Below are positions 1-13,849 of a stretch of 64,000 bases of DNA, one piece after another. The first letter of the stretch is position 1. Every line of letters starts with the position of its first letter. Below the pieces are notes generated by a model. That model was not told the DNA's origin. It worked only from the letters and a program-made list of their open reading frames with translations, and searched no databases. This DNA comes from Blasia pusilla (taxonomy: Eukaryota): contig CM114271.1 of the NCBI GenBank assembly GCA_050084515.1, forward strand, positions 47,120,001 to 47,184,000, in the 5' to 3' direction. The position numbers were made by a program, and so were the translations under genes.

Positions 1-309
1 AGACTCAACCGCAGACACAATCTACCAATCGAGAGCTCTCATCCAAGAGCACAAAAGTAAGGCAGCATGAGCCACAAGGGAGCACGGCCAAGAATCCCAA
101 GTCGCGGAACCTGCACGAGCACGCTGCACCATGAGCAACTTTCAAACGGCACGGCAAAAGCACGAGAATGGAGAAAAAACAAGCACGGGCATGGAAAGAG
201 TGAGCACGAGCACGAGCCGGAGAGGGAGAGCGGAGCGGAGGGCATCGCCGCGGCTGCGTGAAGCGAGTGTAATCTCCTCCTACTTAGGATGTAATCTCCT
301 CCCACTTTT

Positions 310-3300
310 TGATGACTACTTCTTGATGATTACATCAACCTTATTACCTGGTCAATCAACTACGGATCGACCAAATCTGGTTGTGCAGGTTTTTGAGAAG
401 ATAAAGGAGTTGTTACTTATCATTGAGAAGAAAATCTTGGGTCGAGTTGTAGGATGCATCCATGTTGTGGAATTTCAAAAAATAGGTCTCCTGCACATGC
501 ACGTCCTTATTATTTTAGATCATGAGGATAAACCACGAAATCCTTGATCAATCTACCCATCCAAGATTATATTCTACTGTCGCTAATTGCATGCTTCACG
601 GACCATGTAGAGCATTAAATCCAAATGCACCATGTATGGACAAGGAAACAAAAAAATGTACCAAAGGCTATCCTAATCCTTTTGCAGTGAGTACCACACA
701 GCCGGAAGATGGTTACCCAATCTATCATTGTTAAGAAACTTTTCCTCTTGGCTTATTTTTATGACTATAAGGGTTATGACGTCAATGTGATGATTTCATG
801 CTTTGTAATTGTGTTTTTGTAGATTGGAGAATGGAAGGGCGATACTTAAGTGCGAACATTCATTGGATAATTGTTGGGTTGTGCCCTACAATCCTATATT
901 GTGCGTCCTCTTTGATTGTCACACTAATTTGGAGATTACAAGTAGTGTTTCTGCCGTCAATATTTATACAAATATGTATATAAGGGGTCTGATGTTGTAT
1001 CATTTAAGTTGTCAAAGGATATATCTAACGCAATCAACACTATTGACAAGACAACGTCATATCTTGATGCAAGGTAAGATTGTGTTATTTGATTATTGTG
1101 TTGCATGATATTTTATTTCTCGACTTTACTTCATGATCTTTACTTGAATACTTGGAATTATTATTTTTCCAGATATATATCTTTTTCAAAGGCGTGTTGG
1201 CGACTCTTCAAGTTTAGTCTACATGCTGAACTTCCAAGTATTGTACGATTACCAGTTCATCTTCCACAAAAAAAAATTATCTACTTCAATGATGTTGATG
1301 CTCCTCAAGAGGTTTTGCAACTAAGTAGGGAGACGACTTTGACACAATTTTTTGCAACCAATCTATCTGATTGCACTGCCCAATAGAATCTATATATAGA
1401 TTTCCCATCATGTTATCGTTGGAGTAACAAGACATGGATTCGTCGGATACAAAAAAGAAATGGTTGTGGTCATCCTATTGGCCCCTTATACCTTACTCAT
1501 CCAGGTGAGTACTCAACATTTATTGTGTACGCTTGCTTTTACTTTCCACCATCTAAAGTGATGTGTTTATCTTAGGATGAACTAATTTTTTTCACTTCTT
1601 CATAGGTGAAGGAGAACGCCATTGGTTGAGATTACTTCTCCATCATATTCGAGGAGCAACAACATATGAATGCTTGAAAACTATCAATGGAATATTATGT
1701 CCAACATTTAAGGAGGCTGCTATCCAATTGGGACTTCTTGAGGATGATAGGGAAGTGTTCTCTTGCTTACAAGAAGCTTCTACAATCCTTATAGGTTCTT
1801 CACTTTGGCATCTATTTGCAATTATTCTAGCGTACAACACACTTGCTCAACCTACAACCTTATGGAGTCAATTCTTGGTTCTACTAGTAGAAGATCTCAT
1901 ATATGAACGACGTCAGGTAAGCATTCATTATTGTCATTCCTTACATCATTAGTTTTAATTCTTCTTTTGAGCATGCAAGAAACTAACCATGATTTGGACC
2001 TTTTCCAGAATATTCCATTGTAGTAAACAAGAATTCTTAAGCTTCCTATTGATGATGATATCATTAATAATGCATTTTTGGAAGTTCATCATTATTTACA
2101 AGATCAAGGAGGGAGACTATCTGACTTTCCTCACATGCCCCAAGTTAATTTCCAAAGCCTTCATTCACATTCATATTTGGAGGAACAAGAATTATTCTAT
2201 GATATAGAAGAATTATTTGAGCAAGTATAATCGGGAGAAGCGTGTCTAAATGAAGGACAACGTGTTATTTGGGTTGCTATACATGATGAGCTTGATCAAA
2301 TATGTTGAAATGCTCCACCATCTTCAAAAGTATTTTTCATCGACGGTCCAAATGGAACGGGAAAGACATTTCTATATAATCTTCTCTTTGCAAGGGTAAG
2401 GAGTGCAAGAGGTACAACATTATCCGTAGCATCATCTAGAATAGCTCCTTTATTGTTAGACGGAGGACGTACTACACATTCGCGTATCAAGATCCCCATC
2501 AATCTTCATGAGAGCTATACTTGCAAGTAAGTGTCATTAACCACTTTACATGCACTTCTCTTGATACACAAAGTTTCATTAGTCCAATTATAATTATTAC
2601 AACTTCTAATCTATTTTCCTTTTTCATTTATAGTTTATCAGTCAATAGTGATGGAGCACTCTTAATCCGTGCGGCAATGCTGATTATATGGGACGAAGAA
2701 CCTATGACTCATCTTCATGCATTCGAGGCTGTAAATTTCTCGTTACAAGATATAGTGGGAGTTTTTTTTTATTATCTACGAAAATTACCATTTGGCGGAA
2801 AACTTATGATATTTAGTGATGACTTTCGTTAAGTGTTGCTTGTTGTTCGTCATGGGGATCGGCCACAAATCATCCAAGATACCATAAAGAGATCACGTAT
2901 TTGGTCTAATGTAAATGTCATGAAATTGACAACAAACATGCGAGTTCAAAGGCTGGAAGGTCATTTGGGTGCTGAACAACAAGGTTTTGCTGATTAGTTA
3001 TTAGAAGTAGGAAGGGGTCGTGAACCTTTGCATCCTTATTTGGGAGAAGATTTCATACAATTACCATTTGAAATTTTTACTGATAGTAATAAGATATATG
3101 ATCTATGGCGATTCTTCTAGCCAATTCTAAGACATTGGTTTCTTGAGAGATACGGCTATTCTAACTCCAAGAAGTAGAGATGTTGATGACATAAATGCAG
3201 ATGTTATGTCTTGGTTTCCTGGACAGGTAATCTTTTAACCTCGGATACATCTTCTACATGGATTTTTTCTTTTAGGGTTTAGGATTGTTTTACTAGATTA

Positions 3301-3904
3301 TTTTTCTCACGAATTCATCACGCATTGTGTATAGGAGCATATTTACCTCAGCGTCAACTCTATTCCAAAGGAGGGAATGAATCATATCTATCCAACATAA
3401 TTTTTGAACACATGTTTTCCTTCTAGACTACCTCCGCATCGTTTAAATTTGAAGATTGGTGCATCAATCATGCTCTTACGAAACATGAATGGGTCGCACG
3501 CTTAAGGACAAGCAAATGGGACAAGATTGGTGATTCGTGGATTTATGCAACATTGCATAGATGCTGAAATCATCATCGGGAAGAATATTGGAGATCGGGT
3601 TTTTATTCCACGTATCCCATTGATTGCATTGGATTCTGGTTTGCCATTTGATTTACGTAGGTTTCAATTCTCTATTCGCCTAGATTTTGCTATGATTATT
3701 AATAAGTCTCAAGGTCAAACCTTGCAAAAGGTTGGCATTTACTTGCTTACTCATGTATCCTCAATTTCTTATGGTCAATTGTATGTAGCATTATCTAGAG
3801 TAGGGAAGAGAAGTTCCATCCACATTACTATTGGAAGTGATGAACATTCAAATAAGGGAGGTGACTACACACGAAATGTAGTATATAAAGAAATCCTTGG
3901 ATGA
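310..3904 (+). mobile_element. Canonical Helitron RepHel (HUH Rep + PIF1-like helicase), degenerate, intron-containing
   Basis: Rep motifs RPNLVVQVF, IHVVEFQKIGLLHMHVLIIL (HUH), MLHGPC, CTKGYP, WVVPYNP; helicase motifs FFIDGPNGTGKTFLY, IIWDEEPM, PFGGK, FAMIINKSQGQTL, GQLYVALSRV. Several GT-AG introns (about 1074-1172, 1505-1605, others). In-frame stops and frameshifts. Termini not found. Confidence 0.93.
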
Positions 3905-6900
3905 AATAAATTTTGCAAATGTTACGGGCAGCGAGAAAAAAGTTTGAATTTGTGTACAACATCATTAAGCTCTTCCCTTCAGGACTATATTAACAAAAAC
4001 TCTTCAAACACTTTTTTATCAGGTAATGAAATATAATATCATTCTTGTATTATGTTATGAATTGATATGTTATGAAAATCACAATATATTGGAAACTATG
4101 CAACACGTATTTATATCCCACTTTGGAGCTGAAAAAGAAGCCCAAGGACTCTTTATGAGGGCTTAGGATTTTTACCAAGTTACCGATAACTTTCATAGAT
4201 ATAGGACACATGAGGTATGTAAGGGGTGCATTCCAAGGTAAGGTAGAGGTTTGGAAGGCTTTTGTATTTGAGCCTTCTATGCACAAGGTTTCTTCAACTA
4301 TAATCTTGTTTATATTAAAGAACCTTTTGATTATAGAATGGATTTAGTTTCACTAACAATTATTATAATCAAGAAGGTAAAAGACACATATTTCTTTATT
4401 TCTTTTCTTTTTGCTCATCCCATGTTAAACTTTAAAGGTTCATTTATGGCACTTTTTCATTCGACAAGATCACTCAAATTAGACATGAAAAAAAGATATT
4501 GTTATATTCAGGTCTCCATAAATTACCTCGTTCAGAAGGGGAGTCTGTGACCCCTAACCCAGGTTGCCGAGAAGACCTTAAACAAAGATACATTGAGCCA
4601 ACATTGGATACAATCCTTCTTCAGATGGAGTTCCTGTCATCAAAAGTAATTTTTTGAAATAATCCAAAACAATTTCATCCAAAGTATTTACTTCTCTCGT
4701 AAGAAATTTGATGTCTCCTTTCTATAATCAAAATTTTTCACTTTTCAAAGTTATTAATTAGGAAGTGATTCTAGTATGAAAAAAGAAGGATAATGCAGCT
4801 TATGAGTTCCCATTCTTGAATTTCTTCCATCAATATCAACTTTATTATAAAAACAAAATTCAAAAGAGGAAATAATATTCCAAGAAGGAAGGAGGCAAGA
4901 AATGTTAAAAAAATGGCAAAAAAACAACTCAATAAAACATGCAATTAATAATTTGAAACAAACCTAACACGAACACTAGTTGTTGGACAACAAGAGAAGT
5001 GGCCACCAACCACTTTGGTTTGACTTATCAACACCAATGCTTGTGGACATTGTACACAATGAAAAGAGGAGGATTACGAGAAGGGGCAAGTTGATGACGA
5101 GAGGATGGTGAACACATGTATTCAAGAAATATCTAAAAACCTATATAACTATTAAAAACATCGAGTGCAAGACAAATAAATTCATTGATCTCATACCTAA
5201 TCAATATGAACATGATTATATGAAGAGAAAATCTCTCCTTTTTTCACCTCTCAACTTTTGCAGAGATAGGAGTATAAGGATCGCCCGTCATCTCATGTTA
5301 GAATCTTGAGAGCATCTATAAGGGGGTCATCCCATGGATATTGTATTTTGGCAAATTACACTAAGATATTCCTTAGCAATAGCCTCCAAAAACTTGGACT
5401 TGCCGCAGGAGATAGGGGGAATCTTAAGTAGATTTATAAACTAGAAGTGGCCATCAATGTGTGAGAACATGCTAGAAAGTGGCCCCGCGAGAGAGTAGAG
5501 AGTATTGTTGCGAGCTTGGGGTGTGAGCATTTCAGGTTGGCTCCATCAATCAGTAATGCCCATCAAGGTTACTCCTGCAGAAAGAGTTCAAAAAGTGTGA
5601 AGTATTGCTAAATGCCACGGGGAACTGACTTGGAAACGTGCTCCAGATTCATCCCTGTTTGTCTCTGCCTGTTGAAAAGAGTGCTGTGTTGCAACCGTAT
5701 GCACCACACAAAAATTCCGTAACGCCCAACATGATGAAAACAAGATCTACAGAAGAAACTCCCATGAGATGAGGAACATTTCAGCATTCAATCTGGAGAG
5801 TGGGGGATGCTTCCTCAAGCATCAGTTAAAACAAAATGAAAGAGTTTGCCTTGAGCATGAGCACAAAAACATAGGACAAGGCCACCAAAATATAAAGAAA
5901 AGCAACCATCACCTGCACCAAATGATCAACTGGAGAAAGTTGGGTTTCACATAACCCAGGGTGTAGCTCTTTCTTTGTCAGCTTGGAGAAACATCAGTTT
6001 CAGTGTCATCTAGGATACGAGGCAACACTTTCAGGGTGGCACTCTTCCGAGTGCTCGACCTTGCATTCATTACTTGTCAACCAATTTGAAATGATATCAA
6101 GGATACAAAGGATGAATTCACCATGCAAGGATGCACTCACAATGTCATACACTTTGTGGAAAAGGGTGTGACGTATTATGCAAAATCAAGATCTTGTTTG
6201 AACTCAAATTCAGTTTCCACATGGTCCTGTGTGTTCAACTACAAATCTGTTTTGAACTGACTTGGTACAGTACGGACACCAGAAATCCCAATGGTAGCAG
6301 CTTACAGCATCATCACAAAAAGTGGTATGTTCGTATTTTGCTAGAAACCCAGTATCATCCATCTTTTCTTTCTTCACTGCTTGAAGGTCTTGTTCACATG
6401 ATTGACTGCATGGACCACATTTGACTCCATGACAGTTTCTTTCGGGCTTCAGATTTACTATTTCTAAAATTCTTGGTATACCTCAATGCTACTGGGGCAG
6501 TTGTACTCTTGCCTATGTAAGCACTAATGATCATATTGACAAAGAGGTACCAGTTGTAATTCGGTAAGTGCTTCTTGAAGAATGAAAGAAGAGATGTTCT
6601 TCTCTAGCCTTGATGAACACGCACTTTCTTGATCTTCACAGTTTCCTTCATCGAGAGCAAAAAAGGACAGACCTATCTTCAAAGTGGACAACGTTGCACG
6701 CGGTTTGTGTTGCAACCAACATTTGCATGGGACTTCATCCATAATGAAGCAGCTGCAGCTTCTCCCATTCCAAAGTACCGCGGTCAGCCCCACCACATTG
6801 CCTGGATTTCTTCAATTTCACTGCAAAAAACAAAAGTCCACAGTAAGCAGATGACCTGAGAGTCCGGGGTGGGACATGACTTAATCAATGCCTTGTGTTA

Positions 6901-6942
6901 ACATCGACCATATACCTAAAAGACATCATTTGCCTTCAATAG

Positions 6943-7285
6943 TGAATGGTATCAGTGTTTGCATTACAGTGAAGAGGTAACCCAGAAAAAGAAATTGGAC
7001 CTGCCAAGGTTTTCATGAGGTGGGTATGCGAAGACATTGACATTTCAAGCCAGATTCCTGGTTCTAGAGATCAGGCAAGCAGGAAGTCATAGTCCTAAAG
7101 GAACAACCTGAATGGTATCAGTGTTCGCATTACAGTGAAGAGGTAACCCAGAAAAAGAAATTGGATCTGCCAAGGTTTTCATGAGGTGGGTATGCGAAGA
7201 CATTGGGGCAATCGCTACATTTCAAGCCAGATTCCTGGTTCTAGAGATCAGGCAAGCATGAAGTCATAGTCCTAAAGGAACAACC
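6943..7285. repeat. Two-copy tandem duplication (~166 and ~177 bp)
   Basis: TGAATGGTATCAGTGTT...GGAACAACC at 6943-7108 and 7109-7285, nearly identical; first copy lacks an 11-bp segment. Confidence 0.92.
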
Positions 7286-9929
7286 ACTCTGGCAGACTCA
7301 GCTCTTAGGGAAAGCGGGTACTAGAACTTACCTTCACCTTAGGGAAAGGGTACACTAGAGATCCTTGTAGTGTGATTGCGACAGGTGTCACTAAACCCAG
7401 TCACAACATTGCGATTCCTATTTCGGTAACTACTTTGTAGTACTAACAAATCAAACTTACTTTGTAAACTTCCGATACAACATTTATTTCTTTGTGCGAT
7501 AATTTTGTTGTAAGGATTTTTTCAAACTCAGCCTCCCTCCCCATCTACACATGTCACCAAAAACACACCCTCCTTATGCCCTTTAGGGAACTTTTGTAGG
7601 TCCTTCTATCATATGCATTCCACTTGAATTCAGCTCCCATACCTACCCTACCTCTCCAGTTGCAAAGTTTGCACTCTGCCTTTGAAAGGCTTAAGCTGTA
7701 TCAGTCCCACCAAAAATTACAGACCTAAACCTCCAGTGAAACCTACTTGGAAATGTCATAATACAAAGTTGCTCTCATTGTGGTAGAGATGATCAGAAAT
7801 GGGAAACTAAGACTCAATCTTCCTCCCCATCTACAAAAGTGACAGAAAAAGTATCCTGCCTTAGGTACCATTTAGAGAACTTTGGCAACTCCTTGTCCCT
7901 TGGGAGATCTCGACTTTAAACTCCCGTACCTACCCTTCCTCCCGACGAAAGAGTCGCCAACCAGCTGAACCACTTCTAACAAAAGGCCTCTCTGTTTGGT
8001 GATGGATCCCCAAGAATATGCAGTATGATTTGATGATTCTATTGATATAGAGGATAATTGGACAAATCATCTTTTCTGGAAAGGTAAACTTACACATGGA
8101 TACGCCTGTCCTGTAGAAGAAGACAAGAGCCCTGCACGTCTTCTCACAGATTTTCTCTTGGCTCCTCCTTGACAGCAAGAATGGATGCAGGCAGTGAAAA
8201 CTCCTCTTCCTGACCTAGCAGCTCCATTTCTTCATCATCTGGCTTCTGCAAAATTGATGGCATTCCCTTCCACATTTAATGACCAATGAGACTACTTGGA
8301 ACAGAATTCTCTCTCCAGATGACTTAAAGTAGGTATGGACCTCTATATGAAACTTACTACCTCTCCTCCACACTAACCAGGACTAAAATTAGCCCACCTC
8401 ACGAGATGCAAACTCGCAGCACATATAATAGTACAATATCATATGTGGTAAGAAAGCATAGGTCAGCACCTACCAGCAGTTCCAGATTATAGAAACGATC
8501 GAGGAGTTCAAGAATCTCATTGGCTGTGAAGTGGTGATTGAGCCTGCAGATCAGAAAGAATTCCAACGGTAAGTCCCAAGTAGTGACTAGACCAGAACCT
8601 AGGTTAAGACTCTCAATATTGACACCTCAGACAAGGATCATTTTGTTTCCAACCCGAAGATCTGACTCCCTAACTAGTTCAAAACACATCTCTGCACAAA
8701 GCAATAGAGTCAGGCAACATGCCTGAACGGTGAATATCGCCTAGAGTGTGGTAGCCTAGAAGCGAAAAGTAACTTGGTCTTCAGAACTTCCAGGTATCCT
8801 GTGTGACACGCTACTGGACTCTCGAAAGACGAGCTTACAAACCAGGCACACTCACAACAAAATCGAGGACATATACGACCAGAAGTATAATCACGTTCAT
8901 TACCGTCTCTCCAAATACTCCATCAAACCATAGAGGATAAAGTGGCGATGCATGCCTGGAAAAACAGTTCACGATTCTCAGTCAACAAAACACACCCAGT
9001 GCACCTGTTTTCATATGAACTGCTTCTTATTAGCTTTAAGGAGTGAAGTATCATAGTTTTCAAGGTGAGAATTACAATTGTAAGGTAACAATCCTTCAGA
9101 AAAATTATCACCAACCACACTTTCCAATTCCACGATAGCAATGCAGTACAAGAAACCAAGCGAAAATTAACGACCTTGCAGTTTCGCTGGGTGATAGATC
9201 TCCAAGGCTTCAAGAAGCCGCAACTCAACCTCCACTTGTTGCATTTCCTGCGTTCAAAATGCACCGGTCAGTTCACAGTTGGCAGTGGCATTGACCTCGC
9301 AACAATTTGAGTTGCGGCCCCTTCATGCATCATACAAGAAAATCCTCCCACACATTCAGGCATGTAAACTCTCATACAGGCGGATGACTCACTACTCAAT
9401 CGGAGCCCCCAGTAAAATTCAAGAGATGAACGTAATGACAGAAAGTGCAGAGTATTTAATTACAAAAAAAGATCCCTCCCGCTACTCACGGACAGACTTT
9501 GAAGTTACCGTAGGCTACACTCAATCACTCATGCGACCGTACATCTGGGATCTTAGTGACTCCATCCTCAATCCACATGACAAGTCCCCCAAAAGTTACT
9601 CCAACTCGTTCAGAATAGTGGATGCCCAAGTGTACCCATACCCACACAACGAGAAAGAGGATGCGCACCGAGCCGGTCACCAAAGTCGCATTCAATCGGT
9701 GGAACCGAGATGTGAGGCAGAGTCTGCGCAGAAGGAGAAAGGGACAGATGACGAGGATTGCCTCGGACACGGGAGATACTCCATCAGGAGAGGCACATAG
9801 AAGACCTGGAAGATTAGAAAAAGTTTCCGTGGAAGGGAAAGAAGAGGATCCGCCGGGAGTGACAGAAACTCCACCCGAAGAAACAGCCTAAGACAGTTAG
9901 CAATAACGCACTCAATTTATATAACGGGA

Positions 9930-10700
9930 GAATGAGGCACAGTTTGCACAGAAGGAGCAGATGACGATCGGGTTGGGCATGTCAGAAACTGTGGAAGAAG
10001 ACTGGTTCATTAGCAGAACTACGTTCGATTCGTAACACGACGGTGAGGCACAGCTAGCGCGGAAGGAGAAGTAGAAGAGTATTGCCTTAGACATGGCAGA
10101 AACTACAGCTGCAGACCGATCCAGTTAGCAAAGCCAAATTCGATTCGCGTGACGGGACGATGAGGCACAGTTTGCACGGAAGGAGAAGATGATGATGATC
10201 GCCTTGGACGTGGCAGACGCTGCAGCGGCAGATCGATCCAATTAGCAAAGCCACATTGGATTCATAGAACGAGACGATGAGGTACAGGTTGCGCGGAAGG
10301 AGAAGAAGATAATCGCCTCGGACAGGGCAGAAACTGCAGCGGCAGACTCATCCAGTTAGAAAATCCGAATTCGATTCGTACAACGGGACGCTGAGGCACA
10401 GTTTGCGCGGACGAAGGACAAGATGACAATCGCCTTGAGCCTAGCAGAAACTGCACCAGCGGACTGATCCAGTTAGCCAAACCGCATTCAAGTCGTATGA
10501 CGCGACCACGCGACTCAGTTTGCGCGGAAGGACAAGAAGAAGTTGATGATGATGATCGCCTAGGACACGGCAGAATTTCCGGCCACGGACCGATCCGGTT
10601 AGCAAAACCACACTAGATTTGCACAACGGCTCGACTAGGCACAGTTTGCACGGAAGGAGAAGCAGACGATTGCCTTGAAACTGGCAGAAACGGCCGCAGC
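9930..10700. repeat. Diverged tandem repeat, ~7 units of ~115-125 bp
   Basis: Core GAGGCACAGTTTGCRCGGAAGGAGAAG...GGCAGAAAC...GATCCAGTTAGCAAA recurs near 9933, 10046, 10163, 10279, 10393, 10510 and 10637. Confidence 0.85.
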
Positions 10701-10804
10701 AGCGGCAACGGCAGCAGGAGCAGCAGGTCGCATAGATAGTGGACCCGAGAGGTCCGCTCGCGCGCCATCTTGCCCTTCCACGAGCGACGGAGACGCGGCG
10801 TCCT

Positions 10805-10920
10805 TCTTTCGCTCGTCTTCGTCCTCCGGATCCTGTTCTTCGTCTTCCTCGTCCTCGTCCTCGTCCTCTCCTTCCTCGTCCTCGTCCTCTTCCTCTTCTT
10901 CCTCGTCCTCCTCCTCTTGT
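10805..10920. repeat. Low-complexity (TCC/TCG/TCT)n tract; poly-Glu/Asp on the minus strand
   Basis: Trinucleotide-periodic pyrimidine tract; minus-strand ORF 10635-11000 reads EEEDEEEEEEDEDEE. Confidence 0.8.
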
Positions 10921-11312
10921 TCCATCGCTCCCGCTGCGTCGTCCGCCATAGCCTGCGCGATCCGACTCTTCTTCCGCTGCCCCGCCCAAATGCGTCTCAT
11001 CGTAACCAGCCTTCCTACTGCGCCATTTCTTCCTGTCAGTTTCTTTCTTTCACTGTCTGTCTGTTTCTTTTCTTGCTCTCGCGCTCGTCTTTCTTCTCGG
11101 CCAGGCGGGGCCCATCTCGCCTTTTTCTTTTCGCTCGGGCAGTTAGGTTACGAGGTGGGGTCCTTCACGAAGGCTACCGAGAGGTGATTTTCTACATCCG
11201 GGGCCATCCGTACTGGAGTAATGTACGATACTCTCAGCGCTCGCTCCCGTAGGAGAAACGGCGTCCGTTGACTGTACGGAATTTGCATAGAGGTTTTCGG
11301 AGATTAGGGTGT

Positions 11313-11353
11313 CAAAGCTCGGCCATAGAGAGTAACTCTATGGCCGAGCTTTG
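11313..11353. repeat. Perfect 18-bp inverted repeat (hairpin), possible Helitron-type 3' end
   Basis: CAAAGCTCGGCCATAGAG-agtaa-CTCTATGGCCGAGCTTTG, followed by TTATTAGT. Confidence 0.8.
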
Positions 11354-11538
11354 TTATTAGTCATCTTCCTATGTGTGTTAAGATGACCAAATTAAATTAT
11401 TCTACCGATGCAAACTTACTTGAATCTTGTATCCACGAGAAGTCCAATTGATTATCCTACAGTACTATTTTCCATCCCCATTACCAATCCTTGCCGTCGA
11501 TCTTTAAGCAACATTTATATGGTTAGTCAATTGTGTAG

Positions 11539-12309
11539 TGTCGTGCGCATATACATCGCTACACAACATACATCGATGTCATTGAACACACACACAAACA
11601 CACACGATCTCATACTAACTCATGGTATCCATCCACAGAGGCGAGAAGTACCAAAATATCTCCAATAAAGTAAGATCCAATCACTCTCTACACCATCTCA
11701 CACCATAGCTCTCAAAGGTGTGCACTCTCTCTGATGTCAAACCAAACCTATTCTCCTAATGAGGAGGCTTGGAGTACACTCACAAGGCAAGAGACCATAG
11801 CTCCGCCGCCTTCTGCCAAGAGGTTCAACAAACAGAGAATAAGCTCTCAAGCTCTCTCTCTTGGAGGTATACCCGCTTCCCTCTCCCAAGCCTTCTCAAC
11901 GATAACCTATGCTCGCAGGTCACCTCCTTGGCTCTTCACCTGCTGTACCAGGTTAAGGGCCACTTCCCAAAGTGGAAAGTAAACTATCCCTAATATGGAA
12001 ACTTACTCGAAATAGTAAGTTTCTCTATATGGCTCCAAATGAGCCGAAACGAAAGGGAAACCTTCTCTCTCAAGTTTCTCGGGGCTTCAACAGGTCATTC
12101 TCGACCTCATGGGCATGTCCTCCACTACTCGTGCAAACGCTCTATTAGATCCCACCGATCTATCCTAACAGTCGTGATAGTTGTAGTGCGCATACACATC
12201 GCTACACAACATACATCGTTGTCATCGAACACACACACAAACACACACGATCCCATGCTAACTCATGGCATCCATTAACACATGTGAGAAGTACCAAAAT
12301 ATCTCCAAT
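11539..12309 (-). repeat. 3' terminal A-B-A repeat block of copy 1
   Basis: ~128-bp A repeated at 11539-11666 and 12182-12309, flanking ~510-bp B that matches 20831-21342. Confidence 0.92.
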
Positions 12310-12496
12310 CGCCCCCGTAGCTGGTGGTTAGGTCCCTCTAACTCCAGACAGCCATCTATCCCTACCTACCATGACATACATCTCTAGGACGCTAAGAGCA
12401 GAAAGGCCGGGTGCTCATGAGGCCCCATCGTTAGTCGCCTTTCTATCATCCATGTCATAGAAAAATTTGGAATCGAAACCTTCCTAGTATTTCCTC

Positions 12497-12645
12497 TATG
12501 TACATCTAGGACACATCCATTGTCCTCAAGGAACCCTAGTGAGAGGTGGCGTTAGACATGCCATATGCCAACCTCTCAAACATCCATCACAAACTAGCAT
12601 CGTGGTCGCACCACGAGCAGAACCACACAACATACAACGCAAGTC
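12497..12645 (-). pseudogene. PHD finger at integrase C-terminus (copy 1)
   Basis: CMLCGSARGATTMLVCDGCLRGWHMACLTPPLTRVP*GQWMCPRC = C4HC3 spacing, one premature stop. Confidence 0.9.
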
Positions 12646-13610
12646 TGTAGAAACTACTGCTGAGCTTAGATCTACTGTACCATCAATGTTAGGAAGGTGA
12701 CATGGCGCACAATTACGCACATGGTCCTTCCATACCATACCATCGCATCCCTCCAGCAAGACAACACCGGATGGCAAAACGTCACGCACTCTCAGCATAG
12801 TGTGTCCTGCAGTCGCATCCAACGTCGTCGGTGCCGTCTGCTGCAAGTAGACATAATCTCCTTGATGAAACCTCCGGATAGTTGGTCGATAACCACCACC
12901 CCGAATAGTCACATACCTCAACATATCCCGATGTTGCGCAATCGCCAAGTTCTCAAACGCCATGGGCACCGCTCTCAGAAACAACTCAATCCTCTGAGAA
13001 CATGCTCGCATTCATACATCTGAGTTATTAAAGTCCAGCACCTCATCAGCATCTCGACAAATGGCAGCAGGTAAATCTGGCTCTTCGCCATAAAGTAGCA
13101 AGTACGGTGAAAAAGACGCTAAGGATGCTTGTCTGCTGAATCTGTATCCCATCGCCAACCACGGCAACTAGAGGTTCCAATCTCCTAGGTGACCTCTCTA
13201 CAAGCCATACTTGCGTAAACCACTCTTCACCGTATGCACAACTCTCTCCGCTAATCCATCCGCCTCTGGATGATCTCGCGAAGTCGTGCGATGGTCGATC
13301 AGCGCCTCATCATACAAGGCCTCGAACTCACCGCAAAACTTGGTACCCTGGTCTGTCAACACCTCAACCAGTATGTCAGTCTAAATGCCTGGCCACCAAT
13401 ACCGAATCTGGAGCAAGCTATACGTCCGCTTCATCCCAAAGTGACCCAACTCCTCGTGGGCATGCTGCACTAGTCGTGCTCTCTGCAAAGGATGCGGCAC
13501 TACGCGTACTCTACCATCCTCCCAAATCCTCAAAACATGTGTCCCCTTCCAACGGAATCGTCTGGCACGCTGTAGGATCCGAACCTGCTCTCTAGCACCC
13601 ACGGTGCTCT
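12646..13610 (-). pseudogene. DDE integrase (copy 1; internal deletion in core)
   Basis: HAHEELGHFG..YWW zinc-binding start, VLTDQGT, ADGLAERVV, SPYLLLYG. The segment seen in copy 2 at ~48775-49070 is missing near 13375. Confidence 0.88.
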
Positions 13611-13849
13611 CAACGCTCTACCAGTACAAAGGTACTCCAAGACTACTCCATCATAATGAATATCTTGGTCACCTGTCATCTCCTCACTGGCCTCGGGATC
13701 CAAGGACTCTCCATTAGACCTCGCCATCAAAGTCTCCACACTCTGGCTCTCCATAGCCAACATGCCTAAATAGGCTGACGCGTGCATCCTGGCACTGACT
13801 CCTCATCACTCTCTCCATGCCATCGAGCTCCAATCACATCTCGTTGACT

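Noticed and set aside
5570-6830. Possible minus-strand gene remnant with splice-like signals
   Set aside because: No continuous frame or recognisable domain.
7530-8560. Diverged ~110-bp duplicate (near 7538 and 7823) and exon-like pieces on the minus strand
   Set aside because: Multiple stops and no identifiable product; too weak to call.
11539-12309. A-B-A block as a solo LTR inserted next to an ordinary LTR element
   Set aside because: The same layout and 2-bp junction recur in all three copies, the 5' end lacks A, and the TSD of copy 3 brackets the whole B...A-B-A unit.
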